From Eledone cirrhosa (Eukaryota), in the NCBI GenBank assembly GCA_964016885.1, contig OZ024740.1, positions 3,782,001 to 3,846,000 of the forward strand: a DNA stretch of 64,000 nucleotides, written 5' to 3'. Shown here in pieces: positions 30,001 to 42,862 of the stretch. The position numbers and the translations under genes were made by a program. Each line of letters starts with the position of its first letter. Position 1 is the stretch's first letter. Under the pieces are notes generated by a model that saw only the letters and a program-made list of their open reading frames with translations, had not been told where the DNA came from and did no database searches.

Positions 30001-33000
30001 ATTAACACTGCTAGAATTAATATATTTGGGGATTAACACTGCTAGAATTAATATATTTGGGGATTAACATTACTAGAATTAATATATTTGGGGATAACAC
30101 TGCTAGAATTAATATATTTCGGCATTAAACACTCCTAGAATTAATGTATTTGGGGTTAACACTGCTAGAATTAATATATTTGGGGATTAACACTGCTAGA
30201 ATTAATATATTTGGGGATTAACACTGCTAGAATTAATATATTTGGGGATTAACACTCCTGGAATTAATATATTTGGGGATTAACACTGCTATAATTAACA
30301 TATTTGGGGATTAACACTGCTAGAATTAATATATTTGGGGATTAACACTGCTAGTATTAATATATTTAGGGTTTAACACTGCTAGAATTAATATATTTGG
30401 GGATTAACACTGCTAGAATTAATGTTTTTGGGGTTAACACTGCTAGAATTAATATATTTGGGGATTAACACTGCTAGAATTAATATATTTGGGGATTAAC
30501 ACTGCTAGAATTAATATATTTGGGGATTAACACTGCTGGAATTAATATATTTGGGGATTAACACTGCTAGAATTAACATATTTGGGGATTAACACTGCTA
30601 GAATTAATATATTTGGGGATTAACACTGCTAGTATTAATATATTTAGGGTTTAACACTGCTAGAATTAATATATTTGGGGATTAACACTGCTAGAATTAA
30701 TGTATTTGGGGTTTAACACTGCTATAATTAAAATATTTAGGGTTTAACACTGCTAGAATTAATATATATGGGGATTAACACTGCTAGAATTAATATATTT
30801 GGGGATTAACACTGCTAGAATTAATATATTTAGGGTTTAACACTGCTAGAATTAATATATTTGGAGTTAGTTTAACTCTGCTAGAATTAATATATTTGGG
30901 TTTAACACTGTTAGAATTAATATATTTGGGGATTAACACTGCTAGAATTAATATATTTGTGGTTTAACACTGCTAGAATTAATATATTTGGGGTTTAACA
31001 CAGCTAGAATTAATATATATATGGGGATTAACACTGCTAGAATTAATATATTTGGGGTTTAACACTGCTAGAATTAATATATTTGGTGATTAACACTGCT
31101 AGAATTAATATATTTGGGGATTAACACTGCTAGAATAAATATGTTTGGGGTTTAACACTACTAGAATAAATATATTTGGGGATAACACTGCTAGAATTAA
31201 TATATTTGAGCATTAACACTGCTAGAATTAATATATTTGGGGATTAACACTGCTAGAATTAATATATTTCGGCATTAACACTGCTAGAATCAATATATTT
31301 AGGGTTTATCACTACTAGAATTAATATATTTTGTGTTTAACACTGCTAGAATTAATATATTTGGGGTTTAACACTGCTATAATTAAAATATTTAGGGTTT
31401 AACGCTGCTAGAATTAACATATTTGGGGATTAACACTGTTAGAATTAATATATTTTTGGGATTAACACTGCTAGAATTAATATATTTGAGGATTAACACT
31501 GCTAGAATTAATATATTTGGGGATTAACACTGCTAGAATTAATATATTTGGGGTTTAACACTGCTAGAATTAACATATTTGGGGATTAACACTTTTAGAA
31601 TTAATATATTTGGGGATTAACACTGCTAGAATTAATATATTTGGGGATTAATACTGCTAGAATTAATATATTTGGGGATTAACACTGCTAGAATTAATAT
31701 ATTTGGCATTTAACACTGCTAGAATTAATATATTTGGGGATTAACACTGCTAGAATTAACATATTTGGGGATTAACACTGCTAGAATTAATATATTTGGG
31801 GATTAACACTGCTAGAATTAATATATTTGGTGTGTAACACTGGTAGAATTAATATATTTGGGGATTGACACTGCTAGAATTAACATATTTGGGGTTTAAC
31901 ACTGCTAGAATTAATATATTTGGGGATTAACACTGCTAGAATTAATACATTTTGGGGATTAACACTGCTAGAATTAATATGTTTGGGGTTTAACACTACT
32001 AGAATTAATATATTTGGGGATAACACTGCTAGAATTAATATATTTGGGCATTAACACTGCTAGAATTAATATATTTGGGGATTAACCCTGCTAGAATTAA
32101 TATATTTGCGGATTAACAGTGCTATAATAAAAATATTTAGGGTTTAACACTGCTAGAATCAATACATTTAGGGTTTATCACTACTAGAATTAATATATTT
32201 TGGGTTTAACACTGCTAGAATTAATATATCTGGGGTTTAACACTGCTATAATTAAATATTTAGGGTTTAACACTGCTAGAATTAACATATTTGGGGATTA
32301 ACACTGTTAGAATTAATATATTTGGGGATTAACACTGCTAGAATTAATATATTTGAGGATTAACACTGCTAGAATTAATATATTTGGGGATTAACACTGC
32401 TAGAATTAATATATTTGGGGTTTAACACTGCTAGAATTAATATATTTGGGGATTAACACTGCTATAATTAAAATATTTAGGGTTTAACACTGCTAGAATT
32501 GATATATTTGGGGTGGAACACTGCTAAAGTTAATATATTTGGGGTTTAACACTGCTAGAATTAACATATTTGGGGATTAATACTGTGTAGAATTAATATA
32601 TTTGGGGATAAACACTGCTAGAGTTAATATATTTGGGGTTTAACACTGCTAGAATTAACATATCTGGGGATTAACACTTTTAGAATTAATATATTTGGGG
32701 ATTAACACTGCTAGAATTAATATATTTGGGGACTAATACTGCTAGAATTAATATATTTGGGGATTAACACTGCTAGAATTAATATATTTGGGATTTAACA
32801 CTGCTAGAATTAATATATTTGGGGATTAACACTGCTAGAATTAACATATTTGGGGATTAACACTGCTAGAATTAATTTATTTGGGGATTAACACTGCTAG
32901 AATTAATATATTTGGTGTGTAACACTGATGGAATTAATATATTTGGGGATTAACACTGCTAGAATTAATATATTTGGGGTTTAACATTGCTAGAATTAAT

Positions 33001-36000
33001 ATATTTGGGGTTTAACACTGCTAGAATTAATATATTTGGGGTTTAACACTGCTAGAATTAATATATTAGGGCATTAACACTGCTAGAATTAATATATCTG
33101 GGGACTAACACTGCTAGAATTAATATATTTAGGGTTTATCACTGCTAGAATTAATATATTTGGGGTTAACACTGCTAGAATTAATATATTTAGGGATTAA
33201 CACTGCTAGAATTAATATATTTGGGGATTAACACTGCTAGAATTAATATATTTGGGGATTAACACTGCTGGAATTAATATATTTGGGGATTAACACTGCT
33301 ATAATTAACATATTTGGGGATTAACACTGCTAGAATTAATATATTTGGGGATTAACACTGCTAGAATTAATGTATTTGGGGTTTAACATTGCTCGAATTA
33401 ATATATTTCGGGTTTAACACTGCTAGAATTAATATATTTGGGGATTAACACTGCTAGAATTAATATATTTGGGGATTAAAACTGCTAGAATTAATATATT
33501 TGGGATTTAACACTGCTAGAATTAATATATTTGGGGATTAACACTGCTAGAATTAATATATTTGGGGATTAACACTGCTAGAATTAATATATTTGGGATT
33601 TAACACTGCTAGAATTAATATATTTGGGGATTAACACTGCTAGAATTAACATATTTGGGTATTAACACTGCTAGAATTAATATATTTGGGGATTAACACT
33701 GCTAGAATTAATATATTTGGTGTGTAACACTAGTAGAATTAATATATTTTGGGATTAACACTGCTAGAATTAATATATTTGGGGTTTAACATTGCTAGAA
33801 TTAATATATTTGGGGTTTAACTCAGCTAGAATTAATATATTTGGGGTTTAACACTGCTAGAATTAATATATTAGGGGATTAACACTGCTAGAATTAATAT
33901 ATTTGGGGATAACACTGCTAGAATTAATATATTTCGGCATTAACACTGCTAGAATTAATATATTTGGGGATTAACACTGCTAGAATTAATATATTTGGGG
34001 ACTAACACTGCTAGAATTAATATATTTAGTGTTTATCACTGCTAGAATTAATATATTTGAGGATTAACACAGCTAGAATTAATATATTTGGGGATTAACA
34101 CTGCTAGAATTAATATATTTGGGGATTAACACTGCTAGAATTAATATATTTCGGCATTAATACTGGTAGAATTAATATATTTGGGATTTAACACTGCTAG
34201 AATTAATATATTTGGGGATTAACACTGCTAGAATTAACATATTTGGGGATTAACACTGCTAGAATTAATATATTTGGGGATTAACACTGCTAGAATTAAT
34301 ATATTTGGGGATTAACACTGCTGGAATTAATATATTTTGGGATTAACACTGCTAGAATTAATGTATTTGGGGTTTAACACTGCTAGAATTAATATATTTT
34401 GGGTTTAACACTGCTAGAATTAACATATTTGGGGATTAACACTGTTAGAATTAATATATTTGGGGATTAACACAGCTAGAATTAATATATTTGAGGATTA
34501 ACACGGCTAGAATTAATATATTTGGGGATTAACACTGCTAGAATTAATATATTTGGGGTTTAACACTGCTAGAATTAATATATTTGGCGTTTAACACGGC
34601 TAGAATTAATATATTTGGGGATTAACACTGTTAGAATTAATATATTTAGTGTTTAACACTGCTAGAATTAATATATTTCGGGATTAACATTGCTAGAATT
34701 TATATATTTGGGGATTAACACTGCTAGAATTAATATATTTGGGGATTAACACTGCTAGAATTAATATATTTGGCGTTTAACGCTGCTAGAATTAATATAT
34801 TTGGGGATTAACATTGCTAGAATTAATATATTTAGGGCTTAACACTGCTAGAATTAATATATTTGGGGATTAACACTGCCATAATAAAAATATTTAGGGA
34901 TTAACACTGCTAGAATTAATATATTTGGGGTTGAACACTGCTTGAATTAATATATTTGGGGATTAACACTGCTAGAATTAATACATTTGGGGATTAACAC
35001 TGTTAGAATTAATATATTTTGGGATTAACACTGCTAGAATTAATATATTTGGGGATTAACACTGCTAGAATTAATATATTTGGGGTTTAACACTGCTAGA
35101 ATTAATATATTTGAGGATTAACTCAGCTAGAATTAATATATTTTGGGATTAACACTGCTAGAATTAATATATTTGGGGTTTAACACTGCTAGAATGAATA
35201 TATTTTGGGTTTAACACTGCTAGAATTAACCTATTTGGGGATTAACACTGTTAGAATTAATATATTTTGGGATTAACACTGCTAGAATTAATATATTTGA
35301 GGATTAACACTGCTAGAATTAATAAAATTGGGGATTAACACTGCTAGAATTAATATATTTAGGGTTTAACACTGATAGAATTAATATATTTAGGGTTTAA
35401 CACTGACGGAATTAATATATTTGGGGATTAACACTTCTAGAATTATTATATTTCGGGATTAACACTGCTAGAATTAATATATTTGGGGATTAACATTGCT
35501 AGAATTAATATATTTGGAGATTAACACTGCTAGAATTAATGTATTTGGGGATTAATACTGCTAGAATTAATATATTTAGGGATTAACACTGCTAGAATTA
35601 ATATTTTTGGGGATTAACACTGCTAGAATAAATTTATTTGGGGTTTACCACTGCTAGAATTAATATATTTGGTGTTTAACACTGCTAGAATTAATATATA
35701 TGGGGATTAACACTGCTAGAATTAATATATTTGGGGATTAACACTGCTAGAATTAATATATTTGGGGATTAAAACTGCTAGAATTAATATATTTAGGGTT
35801 TAACACTGCTAGAATTAATATATTTGGGGTTTAACACTGCTCGAATTAATATATTTGGGGTTTAACACTGCTAGAATTAATATATTTGGGGATTAACACT
35901 GCTAGAATTAATATATCTGGAGTTTAACACTGCTAGAATTAATATATTCGGGGTTTAACACTGCTAGAATTAATATATTTGTGGTTTAACACTGCTAGAA

Positions 36001-36814
36001 TTAATATATTTGGGGATTAACACTGCTAGAATTAATATATTTGGGGATTAACACTGCTAGAATTAATATATTTGGGGTTTAACACTGCTAGAATTAATAT
36101 ATTTGGGTTTTAACGATGCTAGAATTAATATATTTAGGGTTTAACACTGCTAGAATTTAATTGGGGTTTAACCCTGCAATATATTTGGGGTTTAACACTG
36201 CTAGAATTAATATATCTGGGGTTTAACACTGCTAGAATTAATATATTTGGGGTTTAACACTGCTAGAATTAAAATATTTGGGGATTAACACTGCTAGAAT
36301 TAATATATTTGGGGTTTAACACTGCTAGAATTAATATATTTGTGGTTTAACACTGCTAGAATTAATATATTTGGGGATAACACTGCTAGAATTAATATAT
36401 TTGGGGATTAACACTGCTAGAATTTATATATTTGGGGATTAACACTGCTAGAATTAATGTATTTGGGGATTAACACTGCTAGAATTAATATATTTGGGGA
36501 TTAACACTGCTAGAATTAATATATTTGGGGATTAACACTGCAAGAATTAATATATTTGGGGATTAACACTGCAAGAATTAATATATTTGGGGATTAACAC
36601 TGCTAGAATTAATATATTTGGGGTTTAACACTGCTAGAATTAATATATTTGGGGATTAACACTGCTAGAATTAATATATTTGGGGATTAACACTGCAAGA
36701 ATTAATATATTTGGGGATTAACACTGCTAGAATTAATATATTTGGGTATTAACACTGCTAGAATTAATATATTTGTGGTTTAACACTGCTAGAATTAATA
36801 TATTTGGGGTTTAA
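1..36814. repeat. 31-bp AT-rich tandem satellite, consensus TTGGGG(A/T)TTAACACTGCTAGAATTAATATAT, roughly 1,190 monomers, runs off the left window edge
   Basis: Continuous 31-bp periodicity read directly from the sequence; ends abruptly at ...TTGGGGTTTAA|GATGGCGGC; no ORFs in the track over this span. Confidence 0.99.
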
Positions 36815-36824
36815 GATGGCGGCT

Positions 36825-37010
36825 TTCACCGTTTGACGTTCATTCTTCCATGCTAGCATGGGTTAGACGGGCTGTCCACTCCGTGGACCCTGTTTTGCTC
36901 ATATGGGAACTGATTCTGGCTTGATTTCTACAGCTGGATTCCCTTCCTAACACCAACTTCATTTACAGTGAGTGCTGGCTGCTTTTTTGTTGTGGCACCT
37001 CCACACCACT
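36825..37010 (-). mobile_element. Degenerate SINE 3' part (central GGAAGGG.ATCCAGC.GTAGAAA domain plus RTE-like tail), cephalopod-type
   Basis: Minus strand reads GTTGGTGTTAGGAAGGGAATCCAGCTGTAGAAATC...CCGTCTAACCCATGCTAGCATGGAAGAATGAACGTCAAA, matching from memory the common octopus SINE consensus (GGAAGGGCATCCAGCCGTAGAAAC...CCATGCCAGCATGGAAAACGGACGTTAAA). Boundaries approximate. Confidence 0.65.
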
Positions 37011-37643
37011 TTGCAGTGGGAGGGGATGGGGGCATATTGTCTATATGCTTCAGCTTCAGCTTGTACCCATGGGAACTGGAAATATTTAATAAATTGAAAT
37101 GAAAACCAACAGGTGTGTGTGTTTTAATTGACAGCCTGACCCTCCCAAATTATAACAATTTATATATATATGTATATATATATTGGAAAATGTGTGTAAT
37201 CCTTGGTACAGTTAGGTATATTAAGACAGGGGGGAAGAAAAAATGGCTTCACTTGTGCTCTCAACAAATTTATTTTCTTCACAAAATCCAAAAAGAATTT
37301 TTTTCCGGATTAGAAAAATTCTTTTTTTTTTTTTCTTAAAAAAAATTATTTTATAAATTAAGTTGTTGGTTGTTGGTTAGGTCTTAGGAGTTCTTGGTTA
37401 ATGTAGGAGGTATTGTTTCGTTTTTAGAACGACCTTTCACGCTGAGGTGCGCTTGTCAAACTGATGTGTATGTGGTGTGTTGTTCTATATATAGGGATTT
37501 AACATGTCTGTGGTGTGGTGGGCTTTTTTTCTCCCCCTTTAATAAGTGTATGGGTGTAGGTGTGTTGAAAAAGTGTTAACAGCAGTAATGAGTTCTGACG
37601 GTGTGTAGGGTTGGGTGGGGAGAAATGTAGCAAGTGCGGCCTG

Positions 37644-37679
37644 CCCCGGTCATTTCGAAAAATTCCTTTATTCAGGGGA
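37644..37679 (-). ncRNA. Degenerate minimal type I hammerhead-like motif (antisense arm copy)
   Basis: Minus strand TCCC-CTGAATA-AAGGAATTTTTC-GAAA-TGACC-GGGG; two core deviations (CUGAAUA, ACC). Confidence 0.4.
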
Positions 37680-37879
37680 AAAAACTTTTAGTATTCCTTT
37701 GTGTTGAGAATGGTCACAGGCAAATCGCACCTGCCAAGTTTGTAAACAATTATTTTTTTCTGAAGAATTTTTCTACGTCCATCCCAAAATTAGTCCTTTG
37801 TTCAACACACACATATGTGCGTATATACGTACATACACACACGGGCATATGTAGGAATATATAGGCACACACCATCAAT

Positions 37880-38081
37880 CACACACCCATGTACATATAC
37901 ATCCACATACATACACAAAAACATATAAATACACATACAAAAACACATATACACATACGTACACACACGAATATGTACTCATACCTCCACATGGGTATAT
38001 ATATATATATACATACATACATATACATACATATACACACATAAAGATACATAACTAAATATACATATATACACATACACG

Positions 38082-38161
<80 letters not shown>

Positions 38162-38214
38162 TATGTCCGTATATATACCTCCGTTCACACATACATGCAT
38201 ACACACACACACAT

Positions 38215-38262
<48 letters not shown>

Positions 38263-38264
38263 GC

Positions 38265-38299
<35 letters not shown>

Positions 38300-38338
38300 C
38301 ATACATATACACATATATATAAAAATCTATATATATAT

Positions 38339-38387
<49 letters not shown>

Positions 38388-38486
38388 CATACACATATAC
38401 ATACACATACATGTACATACATACACACATACATATATACACATACATATACATACATACATATATATACATACACACGCATACAT

Positions 38487-38548
<62 letters not shown>

Positions 38549-38761
38549 ACACACAAGCACATAAAGACACACATATACATACATATATATATATATATAT
38601 ACATATATATACATACATCTACATACATACATACATATACACATACAGAAACATACACATATGTACACACATATATACATATATGCACATACATACACAC
38701 ACACATATATATATAGATACATTCATATACATACACACACATATAAACATATCTATCTTTA

Positions 38762-38793
<32 letters not shown>

Positions 38794-38990
38794 CAAACAT
38801 ACACATACATACATATACATATACATATATATACACACATACACACATATATATATATATACACACACACATACAGACATACACACATCCATACATATAT
38901 ATACACACACACACATACACACACCCACATACATATATACCCACACGTACATACATCCATACATACCTACACACATATATGTGTGTGTCT
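37880..38990. repeat. Compound (CA)n/(TA)n/(CATA)n/(GA)n microsatellite region inside the left PLE arm
   Basis: Direct reading; source of the Y/I/V/C/H/T low-complexity ORFs. Confidence 0.97.
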
Positions 38991-39164
38991 CACCGTTCAC
39001 TCAGATATTCATGTGTACACATAAGAAGAGGGGGGTGGGTAGTGAAATGGAATTTTACCTCCGAGTGTTAATTCATTTTTTCGTGTTCAGTAGTGGTTTA
39101 AATTTTTCAATGAAGAATTCTTCTTTATATCTGCGGAAATGTTCGTTATCCGACCATATTTTGA

Positions 39165-40974
39165 TATGGTTCTAGCACACTTGAATGACGAAAACTTCTA
39201 CAGGAAAATCACTAAAAACGAAGAAAGGAAATCGAGGAACCAAATAGGCAAACTAACAACAAAGTACCAAAACAACCTAACACCAAAAGAAGTAGATTAC
39301 CTAACCAACTTCGAAATGAAAACCAGCAATTTACATGGTTTACCAAAAATTCACAAATCCATAAAAATCCAAAACAACATAAAAGGGAAAAATACATCAT
39401 ACATCGAAGCACCAAAACCGACAGACTTAAAATTACGCCCCATTATTGCTGGCCCAGCCTCAAGCACACAACGTCTAAGCAACCTATTAGACATCATACT
39501 CAAACCCCTATGTAAAAAATTTCCAAGCTACATCAGAGATGATATGGAATTCCTTAACTATATCCCCCAAAAAGTACACCAGGATACAATCCTAGTCAGT
39601 TTTGATGTAATAAGCCTGTACACTAATATCCCACACGACCTAGGGATTGAAGCTGTGGACTTCTGGATTACAAAACACTCAAGTCACATTTCAGAAAGAT
39701 TCCCCAAAGAATTGATCTTGGAAGGACTTAAATTAGTATTGGAAAACAACCACTTCCTCTTTGACAACGAACTTTATCTACAAATAAAAGGAACAGCCAG
39801 GGGTACCAAAGTGGCCCCTACATATGCAACCCTCGTTATGGGTCACTTAGAGGCAAAATTATATTCCTAACTACAGATAACATTCAGTCACGACTTCGCC
39901 TTCTACATTAATAAAAACTGGAAACGTTACCTAGATGACTGCTTCATCTTCTGGAACAGAAGCCAAACAGACCTACAAAAATTTTATTCGATCTTAAACA
40001 GGCTTCATGAAGCTATACAATTCACTATGCAATGTAACGAAAAGGAACTGCCCTTTCTAGATATCCTCATCATTAAAGAAGAGTAAAATATCATAACGGA
40101 CCTATTTTGCAAACCCACTGACACACACCAATACTTAAATTTCCGGTCAGCACACCCCTCACATACGAAAAGGAACATTCCCTTCAACATGGCAAGGCGC
40201 ATATGCACTATAGCAACACACCCCGTACTACAAGAAAAAAGATTATGTGACCTGAAAAAATTCCTTAAAAAACAAGAATACCCGATGAAACTCATCAACG
40301 TAGCCAACTCCAAGGCTAAGAACATCCCAATAACAACACTGAGAAAACCAAACCCACAACATAAAAAAGAAAACCCTACTATCTCTTTTGTCATCACTCA
40401 ACCCAGGGAACATCAACATTGTGAAAACTGCTAAGCAGTATCTCCCGATTCTACAGCAATCTACCAAAATGAATGCACTCTTAAAAACACACATATAATT
40501 TATAGCAGACGCCAAGCACCCAACCTTAAAAGACTAATTACCAAGGCAAAATTCACGACCAACATGGAATCAATGCAAGTGACGAAATGCGGGGACCCTA
40601 GATGTGGAACCTGTGAACTCATCGAAGAGGGCAAACAGTTGTCCTTCAAAAACCATGATAATTTGAAGGTCAATGCAAACATGAACTGCAAAACGAAAAA
40701 CCTAATATATTGCGCAACATGTCCACAGTGTAAAGAGTATTACATTGGGGAAACCGGAACGGGATTACATGATAGAGTCCGGGTACATAAACAACAAATT
40801 AAAGACCCCACAGTCAGAAATACCACATGTAGCGCACACTTTGCATCATGCGGGAAGGGAAAATTCACAATCTTCCCTTTCTTCAAGATATGGTCGGATA
40901 ACGAACATTTCCGCAGATATAAAGAAGAATTCTTCATTGAAAAATTTAAACCACTACTGAACACGAAAAAATGA
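39165..40974 (+). pseudogene. PLE reverse transcriptase + zinc-knuckle linker + GIY-YIG endonuclease, 5'-truncated and disrupted
   Basis: Motifs GLPKIHK, LRPII, SFDVISLYTNIP, KGTA(R)GTKVAP, WKRYLDDCF (YLDD 39928-39939, my translation), LPFLD, KPTDTHQYL, CGDPRCGTC, LIYCATCPQCKEYYIGET, CSAHFASC. In-frame TAA at 39868 and 40084; two compensating frameshifts near 40399 and 40497; terminal TGA at 40972-40974. Confidence 0.95.
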
Positions 40975-41057
40975 ATTAACAGTCGGAGGTAAAATTCCAT
41001 TTCACTACCCACCCCCTCTTCTTATGTGTACACATGAATATCTGAGTGAACGGTGAG

Positions 41058-41242
41058 ACACACACATATATGTGTGTAGGTATGTATGGATGTATGTACG
41101 TGTGGGTATACATGTATGTGGGTGTGTGTATGTGTGTGTGTATATATGTATGGATGTGTGTATGTTTGTATGTGTGTGTATATATATATATATGTGTGTG
41201 TATGTGTGTATATATATGTATATGTATGTATGTGTATGTTTG

Positions 41243-41274
<32 letters not shown>

Positions 41275-41505
41275 TATAGATATATATATATATATATATA
41301 TATAGATATATGTTTATATGTGTGTGTATGTATATGAATGTATCTATATATATATGTGTGTGTGTATGTATGTGCATATATGTATATATGTGTGTACATA
41401 TGTGTATGTTTCTGTATGTGTATATGTATGTATGTATGTAGATGTATGTATATATATGTATATATATATATGTATGTATATGTGTGTCTTTATGTGCTTG
41501 TGTGT

Positions 41506-41555
<50 letters not shown>

Positions 41556-41587
41556 TATGTATATATATGTATATATATATATATATA

Positions 41588-41628
<41 letters not shown>

Positions 41629-42221
41629 GTATGTGTATATATGTATGTGTGTATGTGTATGTATGTATATATATATATATATATATATTTTAAGACAGGG
41701 GGGAAGAAAAAATGGCTTCACTTGTGCTTTCAACAAATTTATTTTCTTCACAAAATCCAAAAAGAATTTTTCTTAAAAAAATTTATTTTATAAATTAAGT
41801 TGTTGGTTGTTGGTTAGGTCTTAGGAGTTCTTGGTTAACGTAGGAGGTATAGAGTTTGACAAGCGCACCTCAGCGTGAAGGGTCTTTCTAAAAACGAAAC
41901 AATACCTCCTACGTTAATCAAGAACTCCTAAGACCTAACCAACAACCAACAACTTAATTTATAAAATAAATTTTTTTAAGAAAAATTCTTTTTGGATTTT
42001 GTGAAGAAAATAAATTTGTTGAAAGCACAAGTGAAGCCATTTTTTCTACCCCCCCTGTCTTAATATACCTAACTGTACCAAGGATTACACACATTTTCCA
42101 ATATATATATATATATATGTATGTGCATATATATATAGATATATATATATGTGTATATGTATGTATATGTGTGTATGTGTCTGTATGTGTTTATGTGTAC
42201 ATATATGTATATATATGTATG

Positions 42222-42286
<65 letters not shown>

Positions 42287-42290
42287 ATGC

Positions 42291-42323
<33 letters not shown>

Positions 42324-42389
42324 AGTATGTGTGTATGTGTGTGTGTGTGTATGCATGTATGTGTGAACGGAGGTATATATACGGACATA

Positions 42390-42457
<68 letters not shown>

Positions 42458-42720
42458 CGTGTATGTGTATATATGTATATTTAGTTATGTATCTTTATGT
42501 GTGTATATGTATGTATATGTATGTATGTATATATATATATATATACCCATGTGGAGGTATGAGTACATATTTGTGTGTGTACGTATGTGTATATGTGTTT
42601 TTGTATGTGTATTTATATGTTTTTGTGTATGTATGTGGATGTATATGTACATGGGTGTGTGATTGATGGTGTGTGCCTATATATTCCTACATATGCCCGT
42701 GTGTGTATGTACGTATATAC
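41058..42720. repeat. Compound (TG)n/(TA)n microsatellite region in the right PLE arm, interrupted by the nested mini-element
   Basis: Direct reading. Confidence 0.95.
41690..42101 (+). mobile_element. Nested fold-back mini-PLE of the same family (inverted 3' end + sense 3' end + 34-nt tail) in (TA)n
   Basis: Arms 41690-41850 and 41902-42063 are near-perfect reverse complements; 41853-42063 matches 43080-43327; 42068-42101 is the reverse complement of 37183-37216; absent from the left arm. Confidence 0.9.
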
Positions 42721-42862
42721 GCACATATGTGTGTGTTGAACAAAGGACTAATTTTGGGATGGACGTAGAAAAATTCTTCAGAAAAAAATAATTGTTTACA
42801 AACTTGGCAGGTGCGATTTGCCTGTGACCATTCTCAACACAAAGGAATACTAAAAGTTTTTT

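Larger units (their letters stand above)
37183..39164 (-). repeat. Left inverted arm of the PLE: antisense copy of the EN C-terminus, 3' UTR and 34-nt tail
   Basis: Mirror ORFs in the track (37394+ vs 42963-, 37634+ vs 42677-, 38185- vs 41046+) and direct reverse-complement match, e.g. TTCATTTTTTCGTGTTCAG (39072) vs CTGAACACGAAAAAATGAA (40958). Confidence 0.95.

Noticed and set aside
1-36814. CRISPR array (31-32-bp repeats, also 44046-54623)
   Set aside because: Monomers are head-to-tail with no unique spacers, there are no cas genes, and the context is eukaryotic
39139-39164. ATG start of the 243-aa ORF (MFVIRPYF)
   Set aside because: It lies in the inverted arm, so it is a chimeric artefact of the junction and not the native start
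39868-40086. Selenocysteine read-through as in some Naiad PLEs
   Set aside because: Both internal stops are TAA, not TGA; frameshifts are also present; the SECIS-like GTGA..AAAA at ~43102 lacks the 3' GA of the quartet
37879-42666. Many Y/I/C/V/H/T-rich ORFs
   Set aside because: Translations of TA/CA microsatellites, which lack stop codons
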